From NCBI GenBank assembly GCA_963842085.1, contig CAWJET010000001.1, forward strand, positions 2,720,001 to 2,784,000: DNA of 64,000 nucleotides, read 5' to 3'. Shown piece after piece: positions 18,407-27,759 of this stretch. The translations under genes and the position numbers were made by a program. The stretch is from an uncultured delta proteobacterium (GTDB lineage Bacteria > Desulfobacterota > Binatia > Binatales > Binataceae). Position 1 is the first letter of the stretch. Each line of letters begins with the position of its first letter. The notes under the pieces are model-generated. The model was given only the letters and a program-made list of their open reading frames with translations, searched no databases and had not been told where the DNA came from.

Positions 18407-21400
18407 ATGCGATGCTCGAGTTGCGGCACGGAAAATCCGGCTGGGATGAAGTTCTGCGGCAATTGCGCGGCGGCGCTTCGCAACAAATGTCCGCGCTGCG
18501 GATTGGAAAATCCTCTCGGCTTCAAATTTTGCGGCGAATGCGGCGCGGCGCTGACGCCGGTTCCAGGAGCCAGCGCGAACGCCAGACCTTCTGTGTCGGT
18601 CGCGGAACCATCGGTACGGGTGCGATTAGACGAGGCCGCCGCGAACGAGCCAGGCGGCGAGCGCAAGACCGTGACCGCGCTGTTCGCCGACATCAAGGGC
18701 TCGATGGACCTGATGGAAGGACTCGATCCCGAAGAGGCGCGCGCAATTGTCGATCCGGCGCTGAAGCTGATGATCGACGCCGTGCATCGCTACGACGGTT
18801 ACATCGTGCAATCGACCGGCGATGGAGTCTTCGCGTTGTTCGGCGCTCCGGTCGCGCACGAAGACCATGCCCAGCGCGGACTCTATGCGGCGCTGCGCGT
18901 GCAGGAGGAGATGAAAAAGTATTCGGCCGGCCTGCGCGCGGCGGGAAATCCGCCGGTCGAAGTCCGGGTCGGACTCAACACCGGCGAGGTGGTGGTGCGC
19001 TCGATTCGAACCGGCGACGCGCATACCGAGTACACGCCGATCGGGCACTCGATGAGTCTGGCGGCGCGAATGCAGATGCTTGCACCGACCGGGTCGATCG
19101 TCATCACGGAGCAGACCCAAAAACTCACGGCCGGCTACTTCGACTTGAAACCGCTCGGCCCGGCGCGAATCAAGGGCGTCAGCGAACCGGTCAACGTGTA
19201 CGAGGTGATTGGGATCGGCCCGCTCAGGACACGGCTTCAGATGTCGGCGTCGCGCGGGCTGTCAAAGTTCGTGGGCCGGCGCGCGGAGCTTGAGCAGCTC
19301 GACAAGGCGCTCGAGCTGGCGCGCGCCGGACACGGTCAGATCGTCGCGGCGATGGCCGAAGCTGGAGTCGGCAAGTCGCGCCTGTCTTACGAATTCAAGA
19401 TGCGCAAGCAGAGCGAGGCGCTCGTGCTCGAAGCGTTCTCGTTCTCGCACGGCAAAGCGTCGGCATATCTACCGGTGGTCGATTTGCTCAAAACCTATTT
19501 CCGAATTGCCGATCGCGACGACGAGCGGACCCGACGCGAAAAGGTCACCGGCAAGGTGCTGGCGTTGGACCGCGCGCTGGAAGATACGCTGCCGCATCTG
19601 TTCGCGCTGCTCGGGATTCCGGTTGGCGACGCCCGGCTCGACGAGATGGATCCTTCGATTCGACGCCGCCGCACGCGCGAGGCGGTCAAGAGTCTCATCG
19701 TGCGCGAGAGCCTCAATCAGCCGTTGATTGTCATCTTCGAGGACCTTCACTGGATCGACGCCGAGTCCGAAGCGCTGCTGAACCTGATTGCCGACTCGCT
19801 CGGCACCGCGCGAATCCTAATGATGGTCAACTACCGGCCCGAGTACCGGCACAACTGGGGCAGCAAGACCTGCTACACGCAGATACGGCTCGATCCGCTG
19901 GGCGCCGAGAATACCGCCGAACTGCTGTCGGCGATGTTGGGCGACGAACGCGCGCTCGCTCCGCTGAAGGCGACGATCATCGAGCGCACTCAGGGCAATC
20001 CATTTTTTATCGAGGAGATGGTGCAAGTGCTCTTTGACCAGGGCGTGCTGGTGCGCGACGGCCCGGTGTCGCTGGCCAAGCCGCTTACGTCGATCGAGAT
20101 ACCCTCGACCGTCAAGGGCATCCTGGCCGCGCGAATCGACAAGCTCGCGCCGGCCGACAAGGATTTGCTGCAGTCGCTCGCCGTGATCGGCAAGGAATTT
20201 CCGATTGGCCTGATACGGCGCGTGGTCGGCAGGTCAGATGACGAACTCGCTCCCATGCTATCGAACTTGCAGGCCGCCGAGTTCATCTACGAACAACCGG
20301 CGTTTCCCGAAAACGAGTACACCTTCAAGCACGCGCTGACGCAGGAAGTCGCTTACGGCTCCGTGCTGATGGAGCGGCGCAGAATTCTTCATGAGCGCAC
20401 GGCGGCGGCGCTCGAAGCGATGTTCGCGGCGACGCTGGACGATCACCTGGCGGAGCTTGCGCATCATTATGGCCGCAGCGCCAACGTGCCCAAGGCGATC
20501 GAATACCTGCGCCGCGCGGCGGAGCAGGCGGGCGCGCGTTCGGCATATAACGACGCCATCGGGTACGGGCGCGAGGCGTTGCGCTTGATCGGGATGATGC
20601 CGGAATCGCTCGAGCGCGATCAACGCGAGCTGAAGATCCAGATGATGCTGGGTCCTCTGCTCGTCGCGGTCCAGGGATTTTCGTCGCCGGAGACCGCAGG
20701 CAATGTCGTGCGCACGCAGGAACTTTGCCGCCGCGCGGGTGAGACGCCCGAGGTCTTCGGCATGCTGTTTCAGCTGTGGAGCTTCGATCATGCCAGCGGG
20801 AAATTGCGCGAGAGCCGGGTGATAGCGGAGCAGTTGCTCGGTATGGCTGGACGCATGAACAGCGACATCGCGACGGCGGCCGCGCACAACGCGATGGGAT
20901 CGACGCAGCTTGAGATGGGCGAATTTTCAGCGGCGCGCGAGCACCAGGAGATAGTCGCCGAAATCTACAACCGCGACATTCCGCGCTATCTGCCGTCGAT
21001 GCAGGCGCCGGTGATACCGTCGCGGTGCCATCTCGCGTGGGCGCTGCATATAGGCGGGGATCCGGAGCAGGCGAGACAGCGGATGCGCGAGGCAAACGCG
21101 CTTGCGGCGCAGCTCCGCCGTCCCTTCAGCCTTGCGTTTGTTCACCTGTACGCGATCGTGCTGAGTCATTTCCGGCACGAGTACGCGGAAGTGCGTGCCC
21201 GGTCGGAAACACTAATCGAAATTTCGACCGAATATGGATTTCCGTATTGGCTGGCGGCGGGGAAAATGTGTCTCGCGCGCACGATCGCCGGCGAAGGCTA
21301 CGCCCGGGGCGACGAAAGCGCTCTGATGACCGGACTCACGATGATGAAAGAGGCCGCCGAGCACCTGGCCGTCAGCAACGCCGACCTGATCTATTCGTTC

Positions 21401-21796
21401 TCATTTGTCCTGCTCGCGGAACTGTACCTTATGATGAAGCGTCCCGATGAATGTCTTCGAGAGCTCGAGCAGGCGACTCAGCGGGCCGAGCAAATGGACC
21501 ATCGATTACTCGAAGCAGAAGTTCACCGGCTCCGCGGCGAGACGATGCTCACCATTCCGAACGGCGACGACGAAGCCGAGCGATGCTTTCGGCATGCGAT
21601 CGAGATCGCACGGCGGCAACACGCGCGCTCGTGGGAGTTGCGCGCCGCGGCGAGCCTGGCGCGGCTGTTGGAGCGCACCGGTAGACGCGACGAGGCTCGC
21701 GCAACCCTGGCGCCGGTATTCGCGCAATTCACCGAAGGGTTCGATACGATCGATCTGCGCGACGCGAAGGCACTGCTCGAGCAATTGGACGCGTAA
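18407..21796 (+). CDS. Double Zn-ribbon + class III nucleotide cyclase + AAA ATPase + TPR protein
   Basis: CxxC repeats; FADIKGS, TGDG; EAGVGKS, FEDLHWID, GNPFF; FTEGFDT.DL C-terminus. Confidence 0.92.
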   Translation: MRCSSCGTENPAGMKFCGNCAAALRNKCPRCGLENPLGFKFCGECGAALTPVPGASANARPSVSVAEPSVRVRLDEAAANEPGGERKTVTALFADIKGSMDLMEGLDPEEARAIVDPALKLMIDAVHRYDGYIVQSTGDGVFALFGAPVAHEDHAQRGLYAALRVQEEMKKYSAGLRAAGNPPVEVRVGLNTGEVVVRSIRTGDAHTEYTPIGHSMSLAARMQMLAPTGSIVITEQTQKLTAGYFDLKPLGPARIKGVSEPVNVYEVIGIGPLRTRLQMSASRGLSKFVGRRAELEQLDKALELARAGHGQIVAAMAEAGVGKSRLSYEFKMRKQSEALVLEAFSFSHGKASAYLPVVDLLKTYFRIADRDDERTRREKVTGKVLALDRALEDTLPHLFALLGIPVGDARLDEMDPSIRRRRTREAVKSLIVRESLNQPLIVIFEDLHWIDAESEALLNLIADSLGTARILMMVNYRPEYRHNWGSKTCYTQIRLDPLGAENTAELLSAMLGDERALAPLKATIIERTQGNPFFIEEMVQVLFDQGVLVRDGPVSLAKPLTSIEIPSTVKGILAARIDKLAPADKDLLQSLAVIGKEFPIGLIRRVVGRSDDELAPMLSNLQAAEFIYEQPAFPENEYTFKHALTQEVAYGSVLMERRRILHERTAAALEAMFAATLDDHLAELAHHYGRSANVPKAIEYLRRAAEQAGARSAYNDAIGYGREALRLIGMMPESLERDQRELKIQMMLGPLLVAVQGFSSPETAGNVVRTQELCRRAGETPEVFGMLFQLWSFDHASGKLRESRVIAEQLLGMAGRMNSDIATAAAHNAMGSTQLEMGEFSAAREHQEIVAEIYNRDIPRYLPSMQAPVIPSRCHLAWALHIGGDPEQARQRMREANALAAQLRRPFSLAFVHLYAIVLSHFRHEYAEVRARSETLIEISTEYGFPYWLAAGKMCLARTIAGEGYARGDESALMTGLTMMKEAAEHLAVSNADLIYSFSFVLLAELYLMMKRPDECLRELEQATQRAEQMDHRLLEAEVHRLRGETMLTIPNGDDEAERCFRHAIEIARRQHARSWELRAAASLARLLERTGRRDEARATLAPVFAQFTEGFDTIDLRDAKALLEQLDA

Positions 21797-21806
21797 GGCG
21801 CGGCGC

Positions 21807-23042
21807 CTAGAGCATGCGGCCGATCTTCTGACGCAGGCGGCCGAAGAATCCCGCGCGAGTAACGCCCGCTTTGCTGACTATCGGAATGGTTGCTTGTGGC
21901 TTGCCGTCGAGTAGAACCGCCAGATCGCCGACCTGATCTCCCGGGTGGACCGGCGCTTCCAGATATCTCACTGCGGGCTCGAATTGGACCGTCACCTTGC
22001 TCTCTTCGCCCCGCCCGAGCGTGAACACTGCATCGCCGTTGGGTCCGATGGCGACGGTCTCGGCGACGCCGTCGTGCACGGGTATCGCCGCGGGCATCGC
22101 TTTCTTCAAATCGGGCCGGTAGCTGACAAAAGTCCGAAACGCCCACTCGATTAATTTTTCGGTTTCAGTGCGGCGCCGCTCCGCGCTCGGCGCACCCATC
22201 ACGGCCGACAGCAGATTCATCCCGTTCGACGATGCCGACGCGACCAGATGATAGCCCGCTTCCTCGACATGCCCGGTCTTTATCCCGTTCACGCGCTTGT
22301 CGTAGAACAGCAGCGTATTGAAGTTGGGTTGCTTGATCTTGTCGAAAGCGAATTCCTTGTCCGAAGTGTACGTGAGCGCCTCCGGATGATGGTTCACGAG
22401 CGAGCGCGCAAGCGCGACCATATCCGCCGCGGTTGTGAATTCGCCTTCCTCGGGCAGTCCATCGGGGTTGTCGAAGTGAGTCTCCTTGAGCCCGATTTCT
22501 TTGGCCTTGTCGTTCATCATCTGCGTGAACGCGTCGGTGCTGCCGCCGAGGTATTCGGCGAGCGCCACGGCGGCGTCGTTGCCCGACGATACCATCAGGC
22601 CATACAAGAGATCGTTCACGGCGACCTTTTGTCCGACGCCGAGAAACATCCGCGAGACGGTGTCGTCCATGGACAGCCGCCAGGCCTTTTCGCTGATCGT
22701 GACGTCGGTAGAAGAAGCGATCTTGCCCGCCTTCAGCGCGTCGAGAGCCAGGTAGAACGTCATGATCTTGGCGAGGCTGGCGGGCGGCATCTTCTCATGC
22801 TCGTTGTACGCGTACAGCACCGCGCCGGTATCGGCGTCGATCATCATGGCGGCCTTTGCGTCGAGGGCAAACGGCGCCGGCCTGTCTCCGAGCACATGGA
22901 TGGCGGTCAGCGGGACCGCCGGAGCTTCTTCCTGCGCGGCGTGCTTCGATTCGACCGGATGGCGGTGAATCACCCGCGCAAATAACGGAGTGGAACTAGC
23001 TGCCAGAAGACAGATCGCTGCAAGCGCAATAGTTTTCGACAT
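21807..23042 (-). CDS. dacA: D-alanyl-D-alanine carboxypeptidase (PBP5/6)
   Basis: SLAK (SxxK), SGN, KTG; signal peptide. Confidence 0.88.
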   Translation of the reverse strand: MSKTIALAAICLLAASSTPLFARVIHRHPVESKHAAQEEAPAVPLTAIHVLGDRPAPFALDAKAAMMIDADTGAVLYAYNEHEKMPPASLAKIMTFYLALDALKAGKIASSTDVTISEKAWRLSMDDTVSRMFLGVGQKVAVNDLLYGLMVSSGNDAAVALAEYLGGSTDAFTQMMNDKAKEIGLKETHFDNPDGLPEEGEFTTAADMVALARSLVNHHPEALTYTSDKEFAFDKIKQPNFNTLLFYDKRVNGIKTGHVEEAGYHLVASASSNGMNLLSAVMGAPSAERRRTETEKLIEWAFRTFVSYRPDLKKAMPAAIPVHDGVAETVAIGPNGDAVFTLGRGEESKVTVQFEPAVRYLEAPVHPGDQVGDLAVLLDGKPQATIPIVSKAGVTRAGFFGRLRQKIGRML

Positions 23043-23170
23043 TAATTTCTTCCGCACGCCCGTTTCCCCATCCCCCTCATGATGTTACACCGCAAGCGCC
23101 CCGGGCGCGACGTTCCCAATTCGGCATATTCCCTTTTCTCTCGTTCGAGCATAAAGGAAACTGAGCCCGC

Positions 23171-24481
23171 ATGGACGTGTCCGTAATTCTACCGGTCGTG
23201 AACGAGGCCGAAAACCTGAGGATCCTGATCCCCAGGCTCATCGCGCTGTTTGACCGCGAGCGGCTGAGTTACGAGATCGTCGTGGTCGATGGCGGGTCAA
23301 CCGACGGCACTCGCGAAACGGCGGCGGCGCTCGGCGCGCGAGTCGTCGGGGAACGCCGGCGCGGATTCGCGGGCGCGATGGAGACGGGCATCGCTGAGGC
23401 GCGCGGCGACTACGTGCTTACGCTCGACGCCGACCAGTCGCACGATCCCGATTTCATCGTCAAGATGTGGCGGGCCCGAACGCGCGCTGACATCGTGGTC
23501 GCGTCCCGCTACGCGCTCGGCGGCGTCGCTTACTCAGATTTCATCCGCCGCTCGACGAGTTGGCTGCTGAACCTGGTGCTGCGGCGGATTCTCTCGATGC
23601 CGGTGCGCGACGTGTCCAGCGGATATCGCCTGTACCGGCGTGAGGCGTTGGCGAACCTCGAACTCACATCGTCGAATTTCGAGGTGCAGGAGGAAATCCT
23701 GGTCAAAGCCTACGCCAGCGGGTTCAGCGTCGTCGAAGTTCCGTTCACTTATTTCCCGCGCGGGGCGGGCCGCTCGCACGCCAAGCTGATCAGCTTCGGC
23801 TGGAAGATATTCCGTTCTTCTCTGTCGCTGTGGAAAATCCGCAACTCGCTCGCGTCCGCCGACTACGACGAACGCGCCTTCTACAGCCTGATTCCGCCGC
23901 AGCGCTACTGGCAACGCCGCCGCCATCGCATCACGGTGTTATGGGCGCGCGGCGCGGAACGCGTGCTGGATGCAGGATGCGGTTCCAGCCTGATCGTGCA
24001 GAGCCTCAACAACGTCATCGGCATGGATTTCAACTACGCCAAGCTCCGCTTCCTGCGCCGCTACGAAATCCCGCTGGTCAACGGCTCCGCCTTCGCACTG
24101 CCATTCAAGGATGGTTCGTTCGACTGCGTGATCAGTTCGCAGGTCATCGAACATATTCGATACGACGAGTCGCTCTTCAGTGAGATGCGCCGGGTGCTCC
24201 GGACCGGCGGCACACTGATCCTCGGAACGCCCGACTACTCGACGATCGGCTGGCGCGTTATCGAACCGATTTACGGTTTCCTGATGCCCGGCGGATACAA
24301 GGACGAGCACATCACGCATTACACGCTGGACCAGCTTCGGGAGATACTTGCCCGCTACGGAATTACGATCGAGGATGTTGCCTACATCGCGCGCAGCGAG
24401 CTTATCCTTCGATGTCGCAAGGATGAACTCGAGGTTCGCGCCGGCGTCAAGGTCGACGCGGTCGCCTCGACGGCGGTCTGA
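23171..24481 (+). CDS. GT2 (polyprenol-P mannosyltransferase-like) fused to a class I methyltransferase
   Basis: VVDGGSTDGT, LDADQSH; VLDAGCGS, VIEH. Confidence 0.85.
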   Translation: MDVSVILPVVNEAENLRILIPRLIALFDRERLSYEIVVVDGGSTDGTRETAAALGARVVGERRRGFAGAMETGIAEARGDYVLTLDADQSHDPDFIVKMWRARTRADIVVASRYALGGVAYSDFIRRSTSWLLNLVLRRILSMPVRDVSSGYRLYRREALANLELTSSNFEVQEEILVKAYASGFSVVEVPFTYFPRGAGRSHAKLISFGWKIFRSSLSLWKIRNSLASADYDERAFYSLIPPQRYWQRRRHRITVLWARGAERVLDAGCGSSLIVQSLNNVIGMDFNYAKLRFLRRYEIPLVNGSAFALPFKDGSFDCVISSQVIEHIRYDESLFSEMRRVLRTGGTLILGTPDYSTIGWRVIEPIYGFLMPGGYKDEHITHYTLDQLREILARYGITIEDVAYIARSELILRCRKDELEVRAGVKVDAVASTAV

Positions 24482-24497
24482 ATCCGCACGAGTCCTG

Positions 24498-24932
24498 ATG
24501 ATGGCAGCACCCTGCATACCGAGATTTGCCGGGACCGCGGCGCTGGCCATCCTGGTGGCGATCGCGACTTGCACCGCGTCGTGCTCGAGCAACAAGCCGC
24601 CATCGGGAACGGACTTGGCAAACATGCAAATAGCGCCCGCGACAACCGAATCCTGCGAGATCGATGCGGTGAAGATGTGCCAGGCCACTGGAGGGCCGGC
24701 GCTGGCACAGTCGTCGCAGTCCGCGACGACACCGATGCCTGGTTCATACGCGCCGCCGAGCGCTCCCGAGTCCGTCGAATTCCAGATCCCTGCGGGGCAA
24801 GCCATCAAGCTGATGTGCTATTACAATCCGCAGCACAGCTCGGTCTACCGGGCCGACGCTACGGCAGAGTCCCCGCTGACCGGGAACTCCGTCGAGTACA
24901 TGAAGAAGCAGGGATTCTGCACTAACAAATAG
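24498..24932 (+). CDS. Hypothetical lipoprotein
   Basis: Hydrophobic stretch then TASC lipobox-like motif; four further Cys. Confidence 0.55.
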   Translation: MMAAPCIPRFAGTAALAILVAIATCTASCSSNKPPSGTDLANMQIAPATTESCEIDAVKMCQATGGPALAQSSQSATTPMPGSYAPPSAPESVEFQIPAGQAIKLMCYYNPQHSSVYRADATAESPLTGNSVEYMKKQGFCTNK

Positions 24933-24971
24933 AGTGGACGGCCGTCGGCGCAGCCCGCAGAGGAAATCGAA

Positions 24972-25787
24972 ATGCCAAAGATTCAAGTCGGCGAAGTGAA
25001 CCTCAACTACGACGTTGCCGGGAAGGGCGAGCCGCTCCTGATGATCATGGGTCTGGGTGCCAGCTCGGCGGCATGGGATCCCGAGCTGATAGTCGAACTC
25101 GCACGCACGTTTCGCGTGATCACTTTCGACAATCGCGGCACTGGGCAGAGCGACAAGCCTGACGCTCCATATTCGATCGAGATGTTTGCCGATGACACGG
25201 CGGGGCTGCTCGGGAAGCTCGACGTTTCGCGGGCGCACATCTTTGGCGTCTCGATGGGCGGAATGATCGCGCAGGAGTTCGCGCTGCGGCATCCAGCTCG
25301 AACGGCGACGCTCACGCTGGGATGCACCACCGCGGGTGGCACGCACTCCGTGCCGCCGCCGCCCGAATCGCTGAAAATTCTGACCGCGCCGCGTGTAGGT
25401 GTTTCGCCGGAGGACGTGATTCGCCGCGGATGGCCGCTTGCGTACACGCCAAAATACATCGCCGAGAATCGTGCGGTGCTCGAAGCCGGGATCCCGCGCC
25501 TGCTGAAGTATCCAACGCCGCCGTTTGCGTTCCAGCGCCAACTCGAAGGGACCTACACGCTGAAGACTTTCGACCGCCTGCCGCAAATCAAGGCGCCGAC
25601 GTTGGTCATCACGGGTGCCGAGGACGTGCTGCTCCCGGCGAGGAACTCCGAGATAATCGCGGCTCAGATACCCGGCGCGAAATTGCACATCATCCCCGGC
25701 GTCGGACACGCGTTCATGGCCGAAGGCCGCGATGCATTCCTGAAAGTATTTCTGCCGTTCGTAAAATCGCATCCAATGGGCGCGTAG
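24972..25787 (+). CDS. Alpha/beta hydrolase
   Basis: DNRGTG.S, GVSMGG, GH. Confidence 0.9.
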   Translation: MPKIQVGEVNLNYDVAGKGEPLLMIMGLGASSAAWDPELIVELARTFRVITFDNRGTGQSDKPDAPYSIEMFADDTAGLLGKLDVSRAHIFGVSMGGMIAQEFALRHPARTATLTLGCTTAGGTHSVPPPPESLKILTAPRVGVSPEDVIRRGWPLAYTPKYIAENRAVLEAGIPRLLKYPTPPFAFQRQLEGTYTLKTFDRLPQIKAPTLVITGAEDVLLPARNSEIIAAQIPGAKLHIIPGVGHAFMAEGRDAFLKVFLPFVKSHPMGA

Positions 25788-25914
25788 GCGCCGATCCGCG
25801 CGGCGCTTGCCATGCAGGCATATTTTCGCTATATCTTCGCCTATGAGCGAGGGCGACATTCGAGTGATCAAGACGCCTTCTGCCACTCATTCTTATCTTA
25901 TATTCTCTTAGTTC

Positions 25915-27435
25915 GTGCCAAAGGCAAAAAAGAAGCGGCGGCGGCAGCGGCGGATTGACGGGCGCCTTCGACCCGAAATTATCTTCGGATTGGTCGCCGC
26001 AATCGGCACCCCGATCGATCTCTTCACGGAAACATTATCAGAAGCGCTATCCGTGAGGGGTTACAGGAGCGAAACGGTACCCCTGAGCTACTTCGCAAGG
26101 GGCATCCGAATGGAAACTGCACCGCCGCCGGAAGGAGCCGCAGAATATGAGCGCTTGGACAGTCTGATAAAACTGAACAACGAGCTGCGAGAGAAAACCG
26201 GCCGAGGCGATATTCTTGCCCGCTTCGCTGCCGCGAGCATAGGCGCAAAGAGATCCGGGCCGACAGCAGCGATCAGGGATACCGCGTTCATTCTTCGTCA
26301 ACTCAAACATCCGCACGAAGTCCAACTTTTGCGCGAGATATACGGTGAAAGATTTTACCTCATCGGTCTGTATTGCGGCCGCGACGAGCGAGAGAACACT
26401 CTCCACGTTCACGGTAAAATGAAACTGGAACAGGCTCAAGAATTGATAGAGCGAGATCAGTATGAGCCACCGAAATTCGGGCAGAAGTTCCGGGACACAT
26501 TTCATCGCGCGGACGTGTTTGTTCCGTTTTCTCAATCCTCCGATGTGCAGGAAAGGCAGCGAAAGCAAGTCGAACGATTTCTAGCGCTAGTTTTCGACGA
26601 GGATCTGCTGACGCCCACGAGAGATGAATACGGGATGTTTATGGCATTTGCTGCGTCGCTCCGCTCGGCGCAGCGGTCTCGTCAGGTAGGAGCGTCGATA
26701 TTATCTGATAGGGGTGAGGTCTTAAGCGTTGGCACCAATGAAGTCCCGAAGTTTGGGGGCGGCGAATACTGGGAAGGAGACGATCCAGATCAACGCGACC
26801 ATAAACGCGGAGAAGACTCTTCCGAGAAAATGAGAAACAGTATTCTTAATGAAGTTTTCCAGGTTCTCCGTCCCGAATGGAACTCGCTAAGCGAATCTGA
26901 TCGCTCAAAAATCGTCGCTGATACTCGCGAGAAATTAGAGTCCGCCGATGCCCGGATCATGAAACTCACCGAATTTGGTCGCGCTGTACATGCCGAAATG
27001 GCGGCCATTGTGGGGGCTGCGCGCGTGGGGATGTCTGTCTCCGGCGCTACGCTTTATACCACCACCTTCCCATGTCATGTTTGTGCGAAACACATCATAG
27101 ATGCGGGCCTGAAGAGGGTTGTGTACATCGAACCATACCCTAAGAGTTTGGCCGGAGAGCTTCATGAAGACTCTTTGTCGATCGACGAATTCGCTGGTGC
27201 AGGCAAGATTGCCTGCGAACCTTTCTTGGGAATAGCCCCAAGACGTTACGTGGATTTCTATTCAATGACGACGAGAGAGGGGCTGTTGAAAATAAGCGGC
27301 GAGCGCTCTGGAAGTGCGCAAGAAGGCCAGCTAGCCTCCGAAGTCGCGGCGGCAGAATTATCATACGTTCAAAGGGAACGCCTTGCAGCTAAGTTACTGC
27401 AATCGATCTTGCCGAGCGGAACGGGAGGAGGATGA
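25915..27435 (+). CDS. Kinase-like + deoxycytidylate deaminase fusion (anti-phage dCTP deaminase / AvcD-like)
   Basis: N-terminal IFGLVAAIGT, QLKHP.EV..LREIY, FHRADVF; C-terminal RQVGA, NEVPKFGGG, VHAEM, FPCHVCAKH, YIEPYPKS; visibly lower GC than flanks. Confidence 0.88.
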   Translation: MPKAKKKRRRQRRIDGRLRPEIIFGLVAAIGTPIDLFTETLSEALSVRGYRSETVPLSYFARGIRMETAPPPEGAAEYERLDSLIKLNNELREKTGRGDILARFAAASIGAKRSGPTAAIRDTAFILRQLKHPHEVQLLREIYGERFYLIGLYCGRDERENTLHVHGKMKLEQAQELIERDQYEPPKFGQKFRDTFHRADVFVPFSQSSDVQERQRKQVERFLALVFDEDLLTPTRDEYGMFMAFAASLRSAQRSRQVGASILSDRGEVLSVGTNEVPKFGGGEYWEGDDPDQRDHKRGEDSSEKMRNSILNEVFQVLRPEWNSLSESDRSKIVADTREKLESADARIMKLTEFGRAVHAEMAAIVGAARVGMSVSGATLYTTTFPCHVCAKHIIDAGLKRVVYIEPYPKSLAGELHEDSLSIDEFAGAGKIACEPFLGIAPRRYVDFYSMTTREGLLKISGERSGSAQEGQLASEVAAAELSYVQRERLAAKLLQSILPSGTGGG

Positions 27436-27620
27436 TGGTAGACCTAGTTCGTGAAGATTCGACGAAAGAAGGTCGTAGGATCTGGAAACTAGTCGAGAAG
27501 GTTGCGGCAGGAGCTCCAAAGGATGCGGCGCTGCAGAGCGATCAATTGGAGATAGGCGAGTTCGCTCGCACCCCTTCCGCAAAGGAACAAAGATCTGTCA
27601 AGCGCCGGCGCGGTCGCTGA
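27432..27620 (+). CDS. Small hypothetical protein coupled to the deaminase
   Basis: ATGA overlap with the deaminase stop; SD GGAGG. Confidence 0.45.
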   Translation: MMVDLVREDSTKEGRRIWKLVEKVAAGAPKDAALQSDQLEIGEFARTPSAKEQRSVKRRRGR

Positions 27621-27759
27621 TTATGCGCTAAATCCCTTTCAGCTCGTAGATCAAAGGCCCTCTGCTCTACCTAGAAGCATAGGCCCTCGGTCCCAATCGG
27701 GGGGAGGCGCTAGCTTGCGGCGCTTGCGCGAGGCGTCGCGGGCGGCATTAATCTCGTAC

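Noticed and set aside
25788-25914. AvcI-like antitoxin RNA upstream of the deaminase
   Set aside because: The interval is short and I cannot recognise a supporting sequence or structure.
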